IMG/VR virus record: IMGVR_UViG_3300039068_000053
Location: 1 to 40,516 of that record
DNA from: a virus
Lineage: Duplodnaviria > Caudoviricetes
Direction: 5' to 3' (one strand)
DNA length: 40,516 nucleotides
Shown: in pieces, positions 1 to 8,468 of the stretch
How positions within the stretch are numbered: position 1 is the stretch's first letter
Layout of the letters: each line of letters starts with the position of its first letter
Program-made: the position numbers and the translations under genes
Notes under the pieces: generated by a model
What the model saw: only the letters and a program-made list of their open reading frames with translations
Database searches by the model: none
What the model was told of the DNA's origin: nothing

Positions 1-454
1 GATTCTTTTATCATTTCAGCTGAATTTCCAATAGCACTTGCAGATACATTCGATATTTTAAGATCAGTATCTCCAAAATATTCTGCAGATGGAGACCTAA
101 GTGTTTCTTCAGGCCCTACAACTTTCCTAAAAGACTCTGTAGTTACAGAAGTTGAAATGGATACTATTGTTCCTGCAAATATTGAAGCTCTTCCTACTGA
201 ACTAATTTTTAGTGTAGACGGAACTCCGACAAGAGTTACATACGACACATTAACTCCTACAAACTCAAATGCAATTCCTGTAAACATAGTTACAGTAAAT
301 GGTACTGGAATTTCAACAACTGTTGATTTAACTGGTGCTCAGATAAATGTTCAGCTCTCAGATAGAGGTGCATCTCCAGACGCTACAAGAATTGGTGATG
401 GAACTAACTTGTTAGGAGTAAATGCTTCTAATGAAGCATTGGTGATTGATACTG
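1..454. repeat. Left copy of 454-bp imperfect terminal direct repeat (circular overlap)
   Basis: Aligns without gaps to 40063-40516. The first 107 nt are identical, then 19 substitutions by manual comparison. Confidence 0.97.
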
Positions 455-1482
455 GTGCGAACTCAAAGCTCGTAACAATAGATGCTGTCTTAGATACTAT
501 TTATCTCGATACTCAACAATTAGTTTCTACAGTTAACGTAGAAGGCGTTACAGCTAATCCAAATGGCATTGTAATTGGGGGTGTTGATAGTTCTGGGGAC
601 TTTAAAAAGCTAAAATCTCAGACAGATGGTGCTGCTGTTGTATTTCTTCCAGACGGAGCAAGCGCAACTATTCAAACTGATGGTACTCAAAAGACTCAAT
701 TGGTAGATGCCGCTGGAGATATAGCTGATATTAAATTATTAAGCGATCAATTAGCCTTAACCGATAAAGGTCTTGTTACTAATACCATTATACACGGAAA
801 AAAAAGCAGCGGACCTGGTCCTGATTTTGTAGACGTAAAAGTTACTCCATCTGGATCATTAACTACAGAGGCAACAATTGTAGGGACAGTTCCAGTTTCT
901 GGACCACTAACTGATGTTCAATTAAGAGCAACACCTGTTCCAGTATCAGGAACAGTCACAGCTAATCTTGGTACAGTTGCAGGCTTAGCATTAGACGCAA
1001 ATATTGATGCCCTAAAGATTCTTACTGGAGCAGTTACAGAGACAGCACCTGCTTCTGATACAGCGTCTTCTGGATTAAACGGAAGACTTCAAAGAATTGC
1101 ACAAAGATTAACATCACTTATGGCCCAACTTCCAGCAGCACTGGGAATACAAACATCAGCCAATTCTTTATCAGTTACTCCGGCATCTGATGCAATATTT
1201 GGAGTAAAAACCAGACCACTAACAAATTCATTTTCAGAGCTACCTACATTAACTACTGTTCAAACTTTCACAGCTCCTGCTAATGTAATCGGTGGAAAGA
1301 TACAAGCACTTTCAGATAACTCTGGAAATATAAGATATATTCAAGGTGGAGTTGCTACAATTACATCTGGGATAAGGCTGGAACCAGGAAGATCGGAGGA
1401 TTTTAACGGTGGATCAAACATTAGCGTTATTTCCGAATCTGGTACAAATGCAGTAAGTGTTAATTGGACTATTCAAGCTTAA
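1..1482 (+). CDS. 3' part of a tail fibre/virion appendage-like protein (full gene = 39760..40062 + 1..1482, about 594 aa)
   Basis: Frame 1 is open from base 1 and continuous with the ORF starting at ATG 39760. The protein is T/S/G/V/A-rich, with GPLTDVQLRATPVPVSG and APASDTASSGLNGRLQRIAQRL segments of the kind seen in phage fibre-like proteins. It follows the capsid gene. Confidence 0.65.
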   Translation, partial: DSFIISAEFPIALADTFDILRSVSPKYSADGDLSVSSGPTTFLKDSVVTEVEMDTIVPANIEALPTELIFSVDGTPTRVTYDTLTPTNSNAIPVNIVTVNGTGISTTVDLTGAQINVQLSDRGASPDATRIGDGTNLLGVNASNEALVIDTGANSKLVTIDAVLDTIYLDTQQLVSTVNVEGVTANPNGIVIGGVDSSGDFKKLKSQTDGAAVVFLPDGASATIQTDGTQKTQLVDAAGDIADIKLLSDQLALTDKGLVTNTIIHGKKSSGPGPDFVDVKVTPSGSLTTEATIVGTVPVSGPLTDVQLRATPVPVSGTVTANLGTVAGLALDANIDALKILTGAVTETAPASDTASSGLNGRLQRIAQRLTSLMAQLPAALGIQTSANSLSVTPASDAIFGVKTRPLTNSFSELPTLTTVQTFTAPANVIGGKIQALSDNSGNIRYIQGGVATITSGIRLEPGRSEDFNGGSNISVISESGTNAVSVNWTIQA

Positions 1483-1491
1483 GGGGATTAT

Positions 1492-3051
1492 ATGAAAAGA
1501 ATTTTAACTGCGTTTTTAATAACGCTTTCACTAGCAACACAGGCGGGATTACCGCCTACATCGTCAAAAGTTAGTGGTGAATCTAGTTACCCAACGACCT
1601 TTAAAACAGATTACGGAACATTCACTGGAACAAGATCGGGAACAACTTTAACAATTACTGGGCTTGGCGATGCAAAGGCTAAGTCTTTAGACATCGACAG
1701 TTACACAACTGCTCAAATGCTTGCACTTACTCCGGTTGAAGGTCAAACCATTTACAATAGCGATTATAAGTCTTTTGCTACTTGGAATGGAACCACTTGG
1801 ACTTATGGTTTTGGTAACTTAAATGTGCAAACTGACTATGTTAATGGTGGTGCAATAACAATTGAAGCAACAACAACTAACCCAACAAAAGGCTCTATCG
1901 TTACAGATAGAGTGCTTTGGAAAAGAAATGGTCAGAATTTGAGAGCGGATTACCAATACGAGCAAGGTGCCGGAGGCGCTGGCACTGGTGATTACCTCTT
2001 TACACTTCCTGCCGGCCTTCAATTTGATTCAAATTTGGTTATTTTTTACACAGGAGCAATTACGAGTCAGGTTGCTCCTAAGTCCATAGTTGGTTATGGT
2101 AACACTGCAAACAATCCTACAAACGGCTTTCCTGATATGCTTATTGCTTACGATGCAACAAGATTCAGAGTTGCTCATGGGTTTCAAGGTTTCAATCCGG
2201 CATTTCTAGGAAGCTCAAACATTCCACTGTCTGGTCAAGTGGGATACGGGTTTACGATAGATGCTCCAATTTCTGGATGGTCTTCAAATACTTCTGCGTG
2301 GCTGTTGGCAAACTCAAATCCATCACTAACAACAACAGATTTCAGTGCAAAAGTATCTTCTGCAGATGCTGTTTCTGATGAAAACATAGACTTTATAAAT
2401 GGTAACTGCACAAACGCGACAGCGGGAAGGGGAACTTGTACTTATATTACTAGCTTTTTTGGATCATCTGTTCCAAATTGTGTAATAACTCCAGTCGTGA
2501 CAGGGGCAGAGGTTACAATCATTTCTCAGTCTTCTTCTGCCATTACATATGAAACAAAAAACTCTGCTGGTACTGCGACAAACTCAGACGTAAACATAAA
2601 GTGTCAGCGATCTGGCTCTGATTTTTTAGCGGCAAATAGCCCATTTATTTTTGGTTCTTTTGCAGGTGTCTTGAGTGCTTATGGATATACTGGAAAGGTA
2701 GATCACTGGGATGTCAGCTACGGTGCAACTTCTTCAACTGTCTGCGCTCCTGGACTAAATACAGTTTGCCCATACATTAAAGTAAGCGGCGGAAGCACTG
2801 ATGGTCCATTGGTTGTTGGGTCGGAAGTAAAGTATGGACCATCTGGTGGTGTGTATGAAATGTACACGAAAGAAACATACTCAGAAATATGGTGCCAAGG
2901 AATTGTTTTCCAATCCAATACCGCAACGGGGGTTATCAACTCTAGTATGCAATGCTCAAACTGCAACATGCTTTCATTTAGAACATTAACTGCGAACCAA
3001 GGTTCGGCAACAGACACTTGGGGATCGCTTAAGTGTACTGGATACAGATAG
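1492..3051 (+). CDS. Signal-peptide-bearing, Cys-rich fibre/adhesin-like protein
   Basis: N-terminus MKRILTAFLITLSLATQA-G has basic n-, hydrophobic h- and TQA c-regions. The body is beta-rich and T/S/G-rich (GTGDYLFTLPAG), with 10 Cys in the C-terminal half. SD AAGGGG. Confidence 0.6.
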   Translation: MKRILTAFLITLSLATQAGLPPTSSKVSGESSYPTTFKTDYGTFTGTRSGTTLTITGLGDAKAKSLDIDSYTTAQMLALTPVEGQTIYNSDYKSFATWNGTTWTYGFGNLNVQTDYVNGGAITIEATTTNPTKGSIVTDRVLWKRNGQNLRADYQYEQGAGGAGTGDYLFTLPAGLQFDSNLVIFYTGAITSQVAPKSIVGYGNTANNPTNGFPDMLIAYDATRFRVAHGFQGFNPAFLGSSNIPLSGQVGYGFTIDAPISGWSSNTSAWLLANSNPSLTTTDFSAKVSSADAVSDENIDFINGNCTNATAGRGTCTYITSFFGSSVPNCVITPVVTGAEVTIISQSSSAITYETKNSAGTATNSDVNIKCQRSGSDFLAANSPFIFGSFAGVLSAYGYTGKVDHWDVSYGATSSTVCAPGLNTVCPYIKVSGGSTDGPLVVGSEVKYGPSGGVYEMYTKETYSEIWCQGIVFQSNTATGVINSSMQCSNCNMLSFRTLTANQGSATDTWGSLKCTGYR

Positions 3052-3059
3052 GAGTTATT

Positions 3060-3173
3060 ATGAAATATTACCTATTATTAGCACTTATTACTTTGGCTTC
3101 ATGCTCATCAACTATATATGTAGAAGATTGCGAACTAGTTGACGCTAATCTTTACAAATGTGAGACAAGATAA
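3060..3173 (+). CDS. 37-aa lipoprotein (not in ORF track)
   Basis: MKYYLLLALITLASCSSTIYVEDCELVDANLYKCETR; LASC lipobox; SD AGGAG; TAATG overlap with the amidase. Confidence 0.8.
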   Translation: MKYYLLLALITLASCSSTIYVEDCELVDANLYKCETR

Positions 3174-3820
3174 TGAAAATTATAAACTGGATAAAAAACT
3201 TATTTAAAAAGAGTAAGGTCGCTAATCCCCCTATAGTTACTCCTCCGGCCAAACCAATTCCAGAAATTCCAAGTAAAGAAGAAACTCAAGAGTTTCCAAA
3301 GAAAAGAATAGCAATTATTGTGGGTCATGGTAATGGAGATGGCGGTGCTGACACAATAGATGGGTCTAATGAATTTGAATATAATTCATTTGTTGCCGAG
3401 TATGTAAAAAAGAACTCTAAGCAATTAGTTGAGACTTTTTACAGGGGTCCATCTGGAATAGTTGGTGTTGGGTTAAAAGCAGTCGCATGGAAGGCTGATA
3501 TCTCTATTGAGCTACATTTAAATAGCTTTAATGGCATCGCAAGAGGCTGTGAGGTGCTTGTTTTAAACGGAGATAAAGAATCAGCAAAGATTGGTACTTT
3601 ATTTGCTAGATCTTTTTGCGAAAAATTCTCAAGAGTATTAAGAGGGGATAATGGAATAAAGTGGCTATCTACCGCAGATAGGGGTGGAGCTTCACTAAAA
3701 GCAGTCTCTCCAATTAAGCAATCTATACTTGTCGAGCCCCTTTTTTGCGATAACAGACTAGAGTTATTGCCCAAAGAAACCTATGCAAAGTTTTTGACTA
3801 ATTTTGTAGATGAGCTATAA
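3173..3820 (+). CDS. N-acetylmuramoyl-L-alanine amidase (Amidase_3-type endolysin)
   Basis: Zn-binding/catalytic motifs IIVGHG, NEFEYN, ELHLNS..ARGCEV and ILVEP; N-terminal amphipathic helix and Pro-rich linker. Confidence 0.9.
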   Translation: MKIINWIKNLFKKSKVANPPIVTPPAKPIPEIPSKEETQEFPKKRIAIIVGHGNGDGGADTIDGSNEFEYNSFVAEYVKKNSKQLVETFYRGPSGIVGVGLKAVAWKADISIELHLNSFNGIARGCEVLVLNGDKESAKIGTLFARSFCEKFSRVLRGDNGIKWLSTADRGGASLKAVSPIKQSILVEPLFCDNRLELLPKETYAKFLTNFVDEL

Positions 3821-3821
3821 T
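3794..3821 (+). promoter_or_regulatory. Putative sigma70 promoter for the 3849-7181 fibre module
   Basis: TTGACT-N16-TATAAT upstream of the AGGAG SD of 3849. Confidence 0.5.
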
Positions 3822-3848
3822 AGAACAGTTACATATTAGGAGAATTAA

Positions 3849-4220
3849 ATGAGTGCTGGTACATATACAATGGCTATTGAGCAGGGCTCTACTTTCAGTG
3901 TGCAGCTTACTATCAATGATAGTTCTGGTGCTCCTATAAATTTAACAGGCCATGTATTTCGTGGACAAATTAGAAAGACAATATCTGACTCAACTATACA
4001 GGCTTCATTTACATTTACAATATTAGATCAAGTTACGGATACAGGTAAAGTTGTAGTTAGCTTAACTGCTGCCCAAACAACTGCAATATCATTCCCTTCT
4101 CAGAAAACAGTAGAAAGAACTGATGTCGAAATGTCTTATGATATTGAAAGCGAGATAAGCGGGACTGTTTATAGATGGCTAGAAGGAATTGCTAGTATAA
4201 GTCCAGAGGTTACTAGATGA
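3849..4220 (+). CDS. Small beta-sandwich fibre adaptor-like protein
   Basis: IEQGSTFS...PINLTGHVFRGQIRK...YDIE...RWLEG...PEVTR pattern of small adaptors that precede collagen-type phage fibres; ATGA overlap with next gene. Confidence 0.65.
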   Translation: MSAGTYTMAIEQGSTFSVQLTINDSSGAPINLTGHVFRGQIRKTISDSTIQASFTFTILDQVTDTGKVVVSLTAAQTTAISFPSQKTVERTDVEMSYDIESEISGTVYRWLEGIASISPEVTR

Positions 4221-5752
4221 GCGAAGTAATTATAGTTCAGGACGATCCAGCTGAGATAATAATTCAGCAAGATGCTCCAAATGAAGTTACTATTGCCAGT
4301 ATTGGGGTTCAAGGTCCAACAGGAGCAGCTGGTACACCAGGCGCAACAGGTCCTCAGGGTCCGCCAGGTAATGATGCTCCATCAGACCATACTTTACTCT
4401 CAAACATTGGTGTTAATACTCACGCTACTATTGACTTGCATATTTCAAGTACAGCCAACCCTCACAATGTAACTAAAACACAAGTTGGTTTGTCTGATGT
4501 AGATAATACATCTGATGCCGCCAAGCCAGTCAGTACCGCTCAACAAACAGCCTTAAACCTAAAGGCAAATATAGCATCTCCTACTTTTACTGGAACAGTT
4601 TCTGGTATAACTAAAGCAATGGTTGGTTTAGGAAATGTAGATAATACTTCAGATCTTTTAAAGCCAATATCTAACGACACTCAAGCAGCATTGGATCTCA
4701 AGCAAGACGCTTCAAGTGCGGTAACACTTACTGGAGTGCAAACTCTTACAAATAAAACATTAACATCGCCTGTGATTAACTCTCCTACAGGGATTGTAAA
4801 GGCAGACGTAGGATTATCTAACGTAGATAATACGTCAGACGTAAATAAGCCAATTTCGACAGCAACTCAAACAGCATTAAATTTAAAAGAAGATTCGGCC
4901 AACAAGGCTCAACCAAATGGTTATGCATCTTTAAATGGTGCTGGTCAGGTTCCGACGGCACAGATACCTACAACTCTTTTTAATTATCTTGGGGCGTGGA
5001 ACGCTTTAACAAATACTCCAACGCTAATAGATGGAACTGGTACAATTAAAGATCAGTACATAGTAAACGTAGCAGGAACTCAAGACCTTGGTTCAGGCCC
5101 ACAATCATTTTCACTTGGTGATTATGTTATCTATAATGGAGCCGAATGGGAGAGGATACCAAACACAGATGCCGTTAGTTCGGTAGCAGGAAAGCTTGGT
5201 GTTGTTGTTCTAGATAAGAGCGATGTAGGTCTAAGCAATGTCGATAATACTTCGGATGCAAATAAACCAATATCTACAGCGACTCAGACTGCTTTAAATA
5301 CAAAGGTAGACGAGAACGCAGCCATTGTAGGTGCGACTAAAACTAAAATCACATATGACTCAAAAGGGCTAGTTACAGCTGGTGTAGACGCAACAACTGC
5401 AGATATTGCAGACTCTACAGATAAAAGATATGTAACAGATGCAAACTTATTAGTCATTGGAAATACATCTGGTGTGAACACCGGAGATCAGAACTTCGAG
5501 ACAGCAGAAGTTGATTTTGGAGCAGTAAGTGATTATGCAATTACAACTGTGCCTGCTTTGTGGATAACACCAACAAGCACTTTAAGCTTGGCAATCACAC
5601 CAAATTTAATAGATCATGATATAGAAGATGCTTTATTAGAAAGAATTGTTTGCACATATGGTAACATTGTTGATGGTGTTAGCTTTGATGTTCATTGTCA
5701 TGCACCTAATGAGACACACGGAAGATATAATATAAAAATAATGGGAGTCTAA
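4217..5752 (+). CDS. Collagen-repeat tail fibre protein
   Basis: Eight G-X-Y triplets (GVQGPTGAAGTPGATGPQGPPGND); four VGLxxVDNTSDxxKPxS repeats; YLGAWNA and GDYVIYNG segments. Confidence 0.85.
   Translation: MSEVIIVQDDPAEIIIQQDAPNEVTIASIGVQGPTGAAGTPGATGPQGPPGNDAPSDHTLLSNIGVNTHATIDLHISSTANPHNVTKTQVGLSDVDNTSDAAKPVSTAQQTALNLKANIASPTFTGTVSGITKAMVGLGNVDNTSDLLKPISNDTQAALDLKQDASSAVTLTGVQTLTNKTLTSPVINSPTGIVKADVGLSNVDNTSDVNKPISTATQTALNLKEDSANKAQPNGYASLNGAGQVPTAQIPTTLFNYLGAWNALTNTPTLIDGTGTIKDQYIVNVAGTQDLGSGPQSFSLGDYVIYNGAEWERIPNTDAVSSVAGKLGVVVLDKSDVGLSNVDNTSDANKPISTATQTALNTKVDENAAIVGATKTKITYDSKGLVTAGVDATTADIADSTDKRYVTDANLLVIGNTSGVNTGDQNFETAEVDFGAVSDYAITTVPALWITPTSTLSLAITPNLIDHDIEDALLERIVCTYGNIVDGVSFDVHCHAPNETHGRYNIKIMGV
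4484..5305 (+). repeat. Four intragenic fibre-shaft repeats VGL(S/G)(N/D)VDNTSDxxKP(I/V)SxxxQxALxxK
   Basis: Copies start at about 4484, 4622, 4808 and 5225, with diverged third codon positions. Confidence 0.9.
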
Positions 5753-5753
5753 G

Positions 5754-7181
5754 ATGTCAGTAAGAATTAAAGGTACGATCAATTTACAAGAAGTAGATGC
5801 AAACGGAAACGCACTTGTAAATTTACCACTTGAGGGAACTCAGGCCGGATTCTCTACAATGATTGCACAAAATGATGCAGGAGATGTAACGGGTACTCGC
5901 TCAATGAAAGAAGTAGAAATCAGCTCTGACTATAGAGTTAGAACTGGTCAAGATAACATGATATTTAACGAGCAGTTTCCAGGGGCAGCTTTTAACACAG
6001 CTCTTTGGCAGCAAACAGTCGGTACTGCAACAATGTCGGTTACTGCTGGATTTGCTAACTTAAACGCTACATTCTCAGTAGCTTCTGGTGCATTTGCTTT
6101 ATTAAGAACATACAGACATTTTCCTTGCTATAAGCAATACACAACTTATGCAGAAATGGAAGTTCAGTTTACTGAGTTTCCAGTTACAAACAACCGTTGC
6201 GAGTGGGGTCTTGTTCTCATGGCATCTACTGCAGTTCCTACGGATGGAGCATTTTTTAGAATAGATGCCGCTGGACAATTTAGAGCTGTTATTAGTTACA
6301 ACGGAACTGAATCACAATCAGCACCTTTAGACTTTGCAACACTAGTTGGAATTAACGACACTCACTCGTTCTTAATTTATATTGGCTCTACTACAGTTTT
6401 ATTTTGGATTGATAATATTCTTGTTGCAGAAATTCCTGTTCCTGCCGGACAAGGTTCTTCAATGTCTTCAATGAACCTTCCATTAGCATTTAGAAATCAT
6501 AACGTAGCGGCAACTTCGGTTGCTCAGGTAATGAAGGTCGGAAATACAAACGTATCTTTTGGTGATCAAGCAATGAGTAAGCCATGGGGTCACGTTCTTT
6601 CTGGTGCTGGTGCATTTTCAGCTCAAGGTCAGACTGGTGGAACAATGGGCTCTACTTCAATTTATACAAACGCAGCGGCAGCAGCGGCAGCGGCCCTATC
6701 AAACACAGCAGCGGCAGCTCAGAACACTGGTCTAGGTGGAATTATAAACGTACTACCAACTCTTGCAGCTGGTACAGATGGTATTCTTTGTTCATTTCAG
6801 GTTCCATTGGGAACAGCGGCACTTCCAGGAAAGTCTTTATACATTACTGGAGTTGCACTTGATTCAGTTGTAAGTACGGCTCTTGTTGGTGGTCCTGTTA
6901 TTTATGCTGCATCAGTAGCATTTGGACATACGGCAGTTTCACTAGCAACAACAGAAACAGCGGCAACTAAAGCACCTAGAAGAGTTGCTCTTGGTATTCA
7001 AAGCTTTGCAGCTACAGCAGCTGTAGGTGTTCAACCTCAAAAATTGCAAGACGATTATACTGTAGCTCCTGTATGTATTCAGCCAGGCGAGTTTGTTCAG
7101 CTTGTATTAAGAAATATTGGTACAGTAACAACTTCTGGAGCAATTACTTTTGTAGTTTCATTTACTGGATACTGGGAATAA
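5754..7181 (+). CDS. Virion structural / receptor-binding-like protein (beta-rich, possibly lectin-like)
   Basis: 475 aa, A/G/T/V-rich; directly follows the collagen fibre; internal poly-Ala run. Confidence 0.5.
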   Translation: MSVRIKGTINLQEVDANGNALVNLPLEGTQAGFSTMIAQNDAGDVTGTRSMKEVEISSDYRVRTGQDNMIFNEQFPGAAFNTALWQQTVGTATMSVTAGFANLNATFSVASGAFALLRTYRHFPCYKQYTTYAEMEVQFTEFPVTNNRCEWGLVLMASTAVPTDGAFFRIDAAGQFRAVISYNGTESQSAPLDFATLVGINDTHSFLIYIGSTTVLFWIDNILVAEIPVPAGQGSSMSSMNLPLAFRNHNVAATSVAQVMKVGNTNVSFGDQAMSKPWGHVLSGAGAFSAQGQTGGTMGSTSIYTNAAAAAAAALSNTAAAAQNTGLGGIINVLPTLAAGTDGILCSFQVPLGTAALPGKSLYITGVALDSVVSTALVGGPVIYAASVAFGHTAVSLATTETAATKAPRRVALGIQSFAATAAVGVQPQKLQDDYTVAPVCIQPGEFVQLVLRNIGTVTTSGAITFVVSFTGYWE

Positions 7182-7205
7182 TTAATTTAAAAAAAGAGGT
7201 TACGG

Positions 7206-7625
7206 ATGGCAGAGTATATTAAAAATAATCAGTCTAAGTTTTCATTGTTAGATACTCCAGAGTTTCAAACAATGTACAGTAAGCCATCTGGTGGTGGAGC
7301 ACAGACTCAATCTGCTGAGTCTTCTGCTGATGAAAGTAAAAGTTTTCTATCTCCAGACGTTGCAAGAGCTACAGCTTACGGAGCACAGTCTGGTGGCCTT
7401 TCTGGTGCTTTGACTTCAGGAGGCGTTACATCAATGCTAGGGCCTGCAGGAATGGCGGGAGGCGGTCCTTACGCTGTTGCGGGTGGATTAATTCTATCTC
7501 AGATCGAAGCAGCTCAAAAAGCAAAAGCAGAAGCTGAACAAGAAAGAATTAAAAATGAAAAAATTAGAATGGAAAAAACTCGCATGGCATACTCTGATAT
7601 GGCAAATCAAAGATTTGGAGTATAG
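7206..7625 (+). CDS. Putative small internal virion (ejection) protein
   Basis: Gly/Ala-rich hydrophobic centre followed by a charged coiled coil (AAQKAKAEAEQERIKNEK). Confidence 0.45.
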   Translation: MAEYIKNNQSKFSLLDTPEFQTMYSKPSGGGAQTQSAESSADESKSFLSPDVARATAYGAQSGGLSGALTSGGVTSMLGPAGMAGGGPYAVAGGLILSQIEAAQKAKAEAEQERIKNEKIRMEKTRMAYSDMANQRFGV

Positions 7626-8468
7626 ATGAGACAGGTAAAATTTCTAATCAAGGAAGCAAAGACAAACACCAACACTGTAGACAATGAGTCTATATCTGAT
7701 GAGTTATGTAGCCAGCTTCTTAATAGATGTCAAGATTTTATCATGGCAGAGCTTTATAATAGAAATATAAAATCTAACGTATTTAGGGGAACACAGGAAA
7801 TAACGATCTCCCCAGGTGTAGATACCTACGATCTTCCTGCCGATATTTATGCAGTAAACTCAATTTCATCGGTATCTCAAGCCTATGAAAATGGAACATT
7901 TAGAACATTAAGACAAATATCTGAAAAAGATAGAGGTTTAAAAGAAGGCTACTTTGTAGCCAGAAACTCTATAATATTTTCACCAAAACAAAACTCATTA
8001 AGAGTTGTTGGTCTTAGTTATACACAAAAACTTCCAAAAGTTTATATTAGCTATGGAACTGTTATCTCAGTTACACCAACGACAATACTGCTTGATGAAT
8101 ATTCAGACCTTTCATCAGTAGATGATTTTTTATGTGTTGTTGATTCTAACGGATCAATAATAGTAGATTCAGTTTCATTTACTCAAAGTGATGAAGTTTT
8201 AACTGTAGCATCTACTGCAGGGATACTAGCAGGAATGAAAGTTGTTCCTGGAAAATACTCAAGCACACACTCTTCACTTCCAGATGAGTGCGAATCATCT
8301 TTAGTTTTTATGCTAGAGAAATTAATACAGGCCAGACTTTCTAGTTCTGATATTGAGATTGGTACAATTTTATCTAAAGACCAAGTAGATCAAATAGGTG
8401 AAATGTTCAGCGATAACTCTGGTGATTCATTTATGCCTCCAATATTGGAGTATACAGAATGGGCTTAA
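7626..8468 (+). CDS. Putative head-tail adaptor / tail tubular protein A-like
   Basis: LNRCQD...GVDTYDLPAD motif of podovirus adaptors; lies immediately before the nozzle-like gene. Confidence 0.7.
   Translation: MRQVKFLIKEAKTNTNTVDNESISDELCSQLLNRCQDFIMAELYNRNIKSNVFRGTQEITISPGVDTYDLPADIYAVNSISSVSQAYENGTFRTLRQISEKDRGLKEGYFVARNSIIFSPKQNSLRVVGLSYTQKLPKVYISYGTVISVTPTTILLDEYSDLSSVDDFLCVVDSNGSIIVDSVSFTQSDEVLTVASTAGILAGMKVVPGKYSSTHSSLPDECESSLVFMLEKLIQARLSSSDIEIGTILSKDQVDQIGEMFSDNSGDSFMPPILEYTEWA

Noticed and set aside
1-454. Diverged repeat in a fibre gene as a DGR template/variable repeat pair
   Set aside because: Substitutions are not adenine-specific, are almost all synonymous, and no reverse transcriptase is encoded.
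6672-6720. GCA/GCG run as a contingency repeat
   Set aside because: Mixed codons encode an in-frame poly-Ala linker rather than a pure slippage tract.
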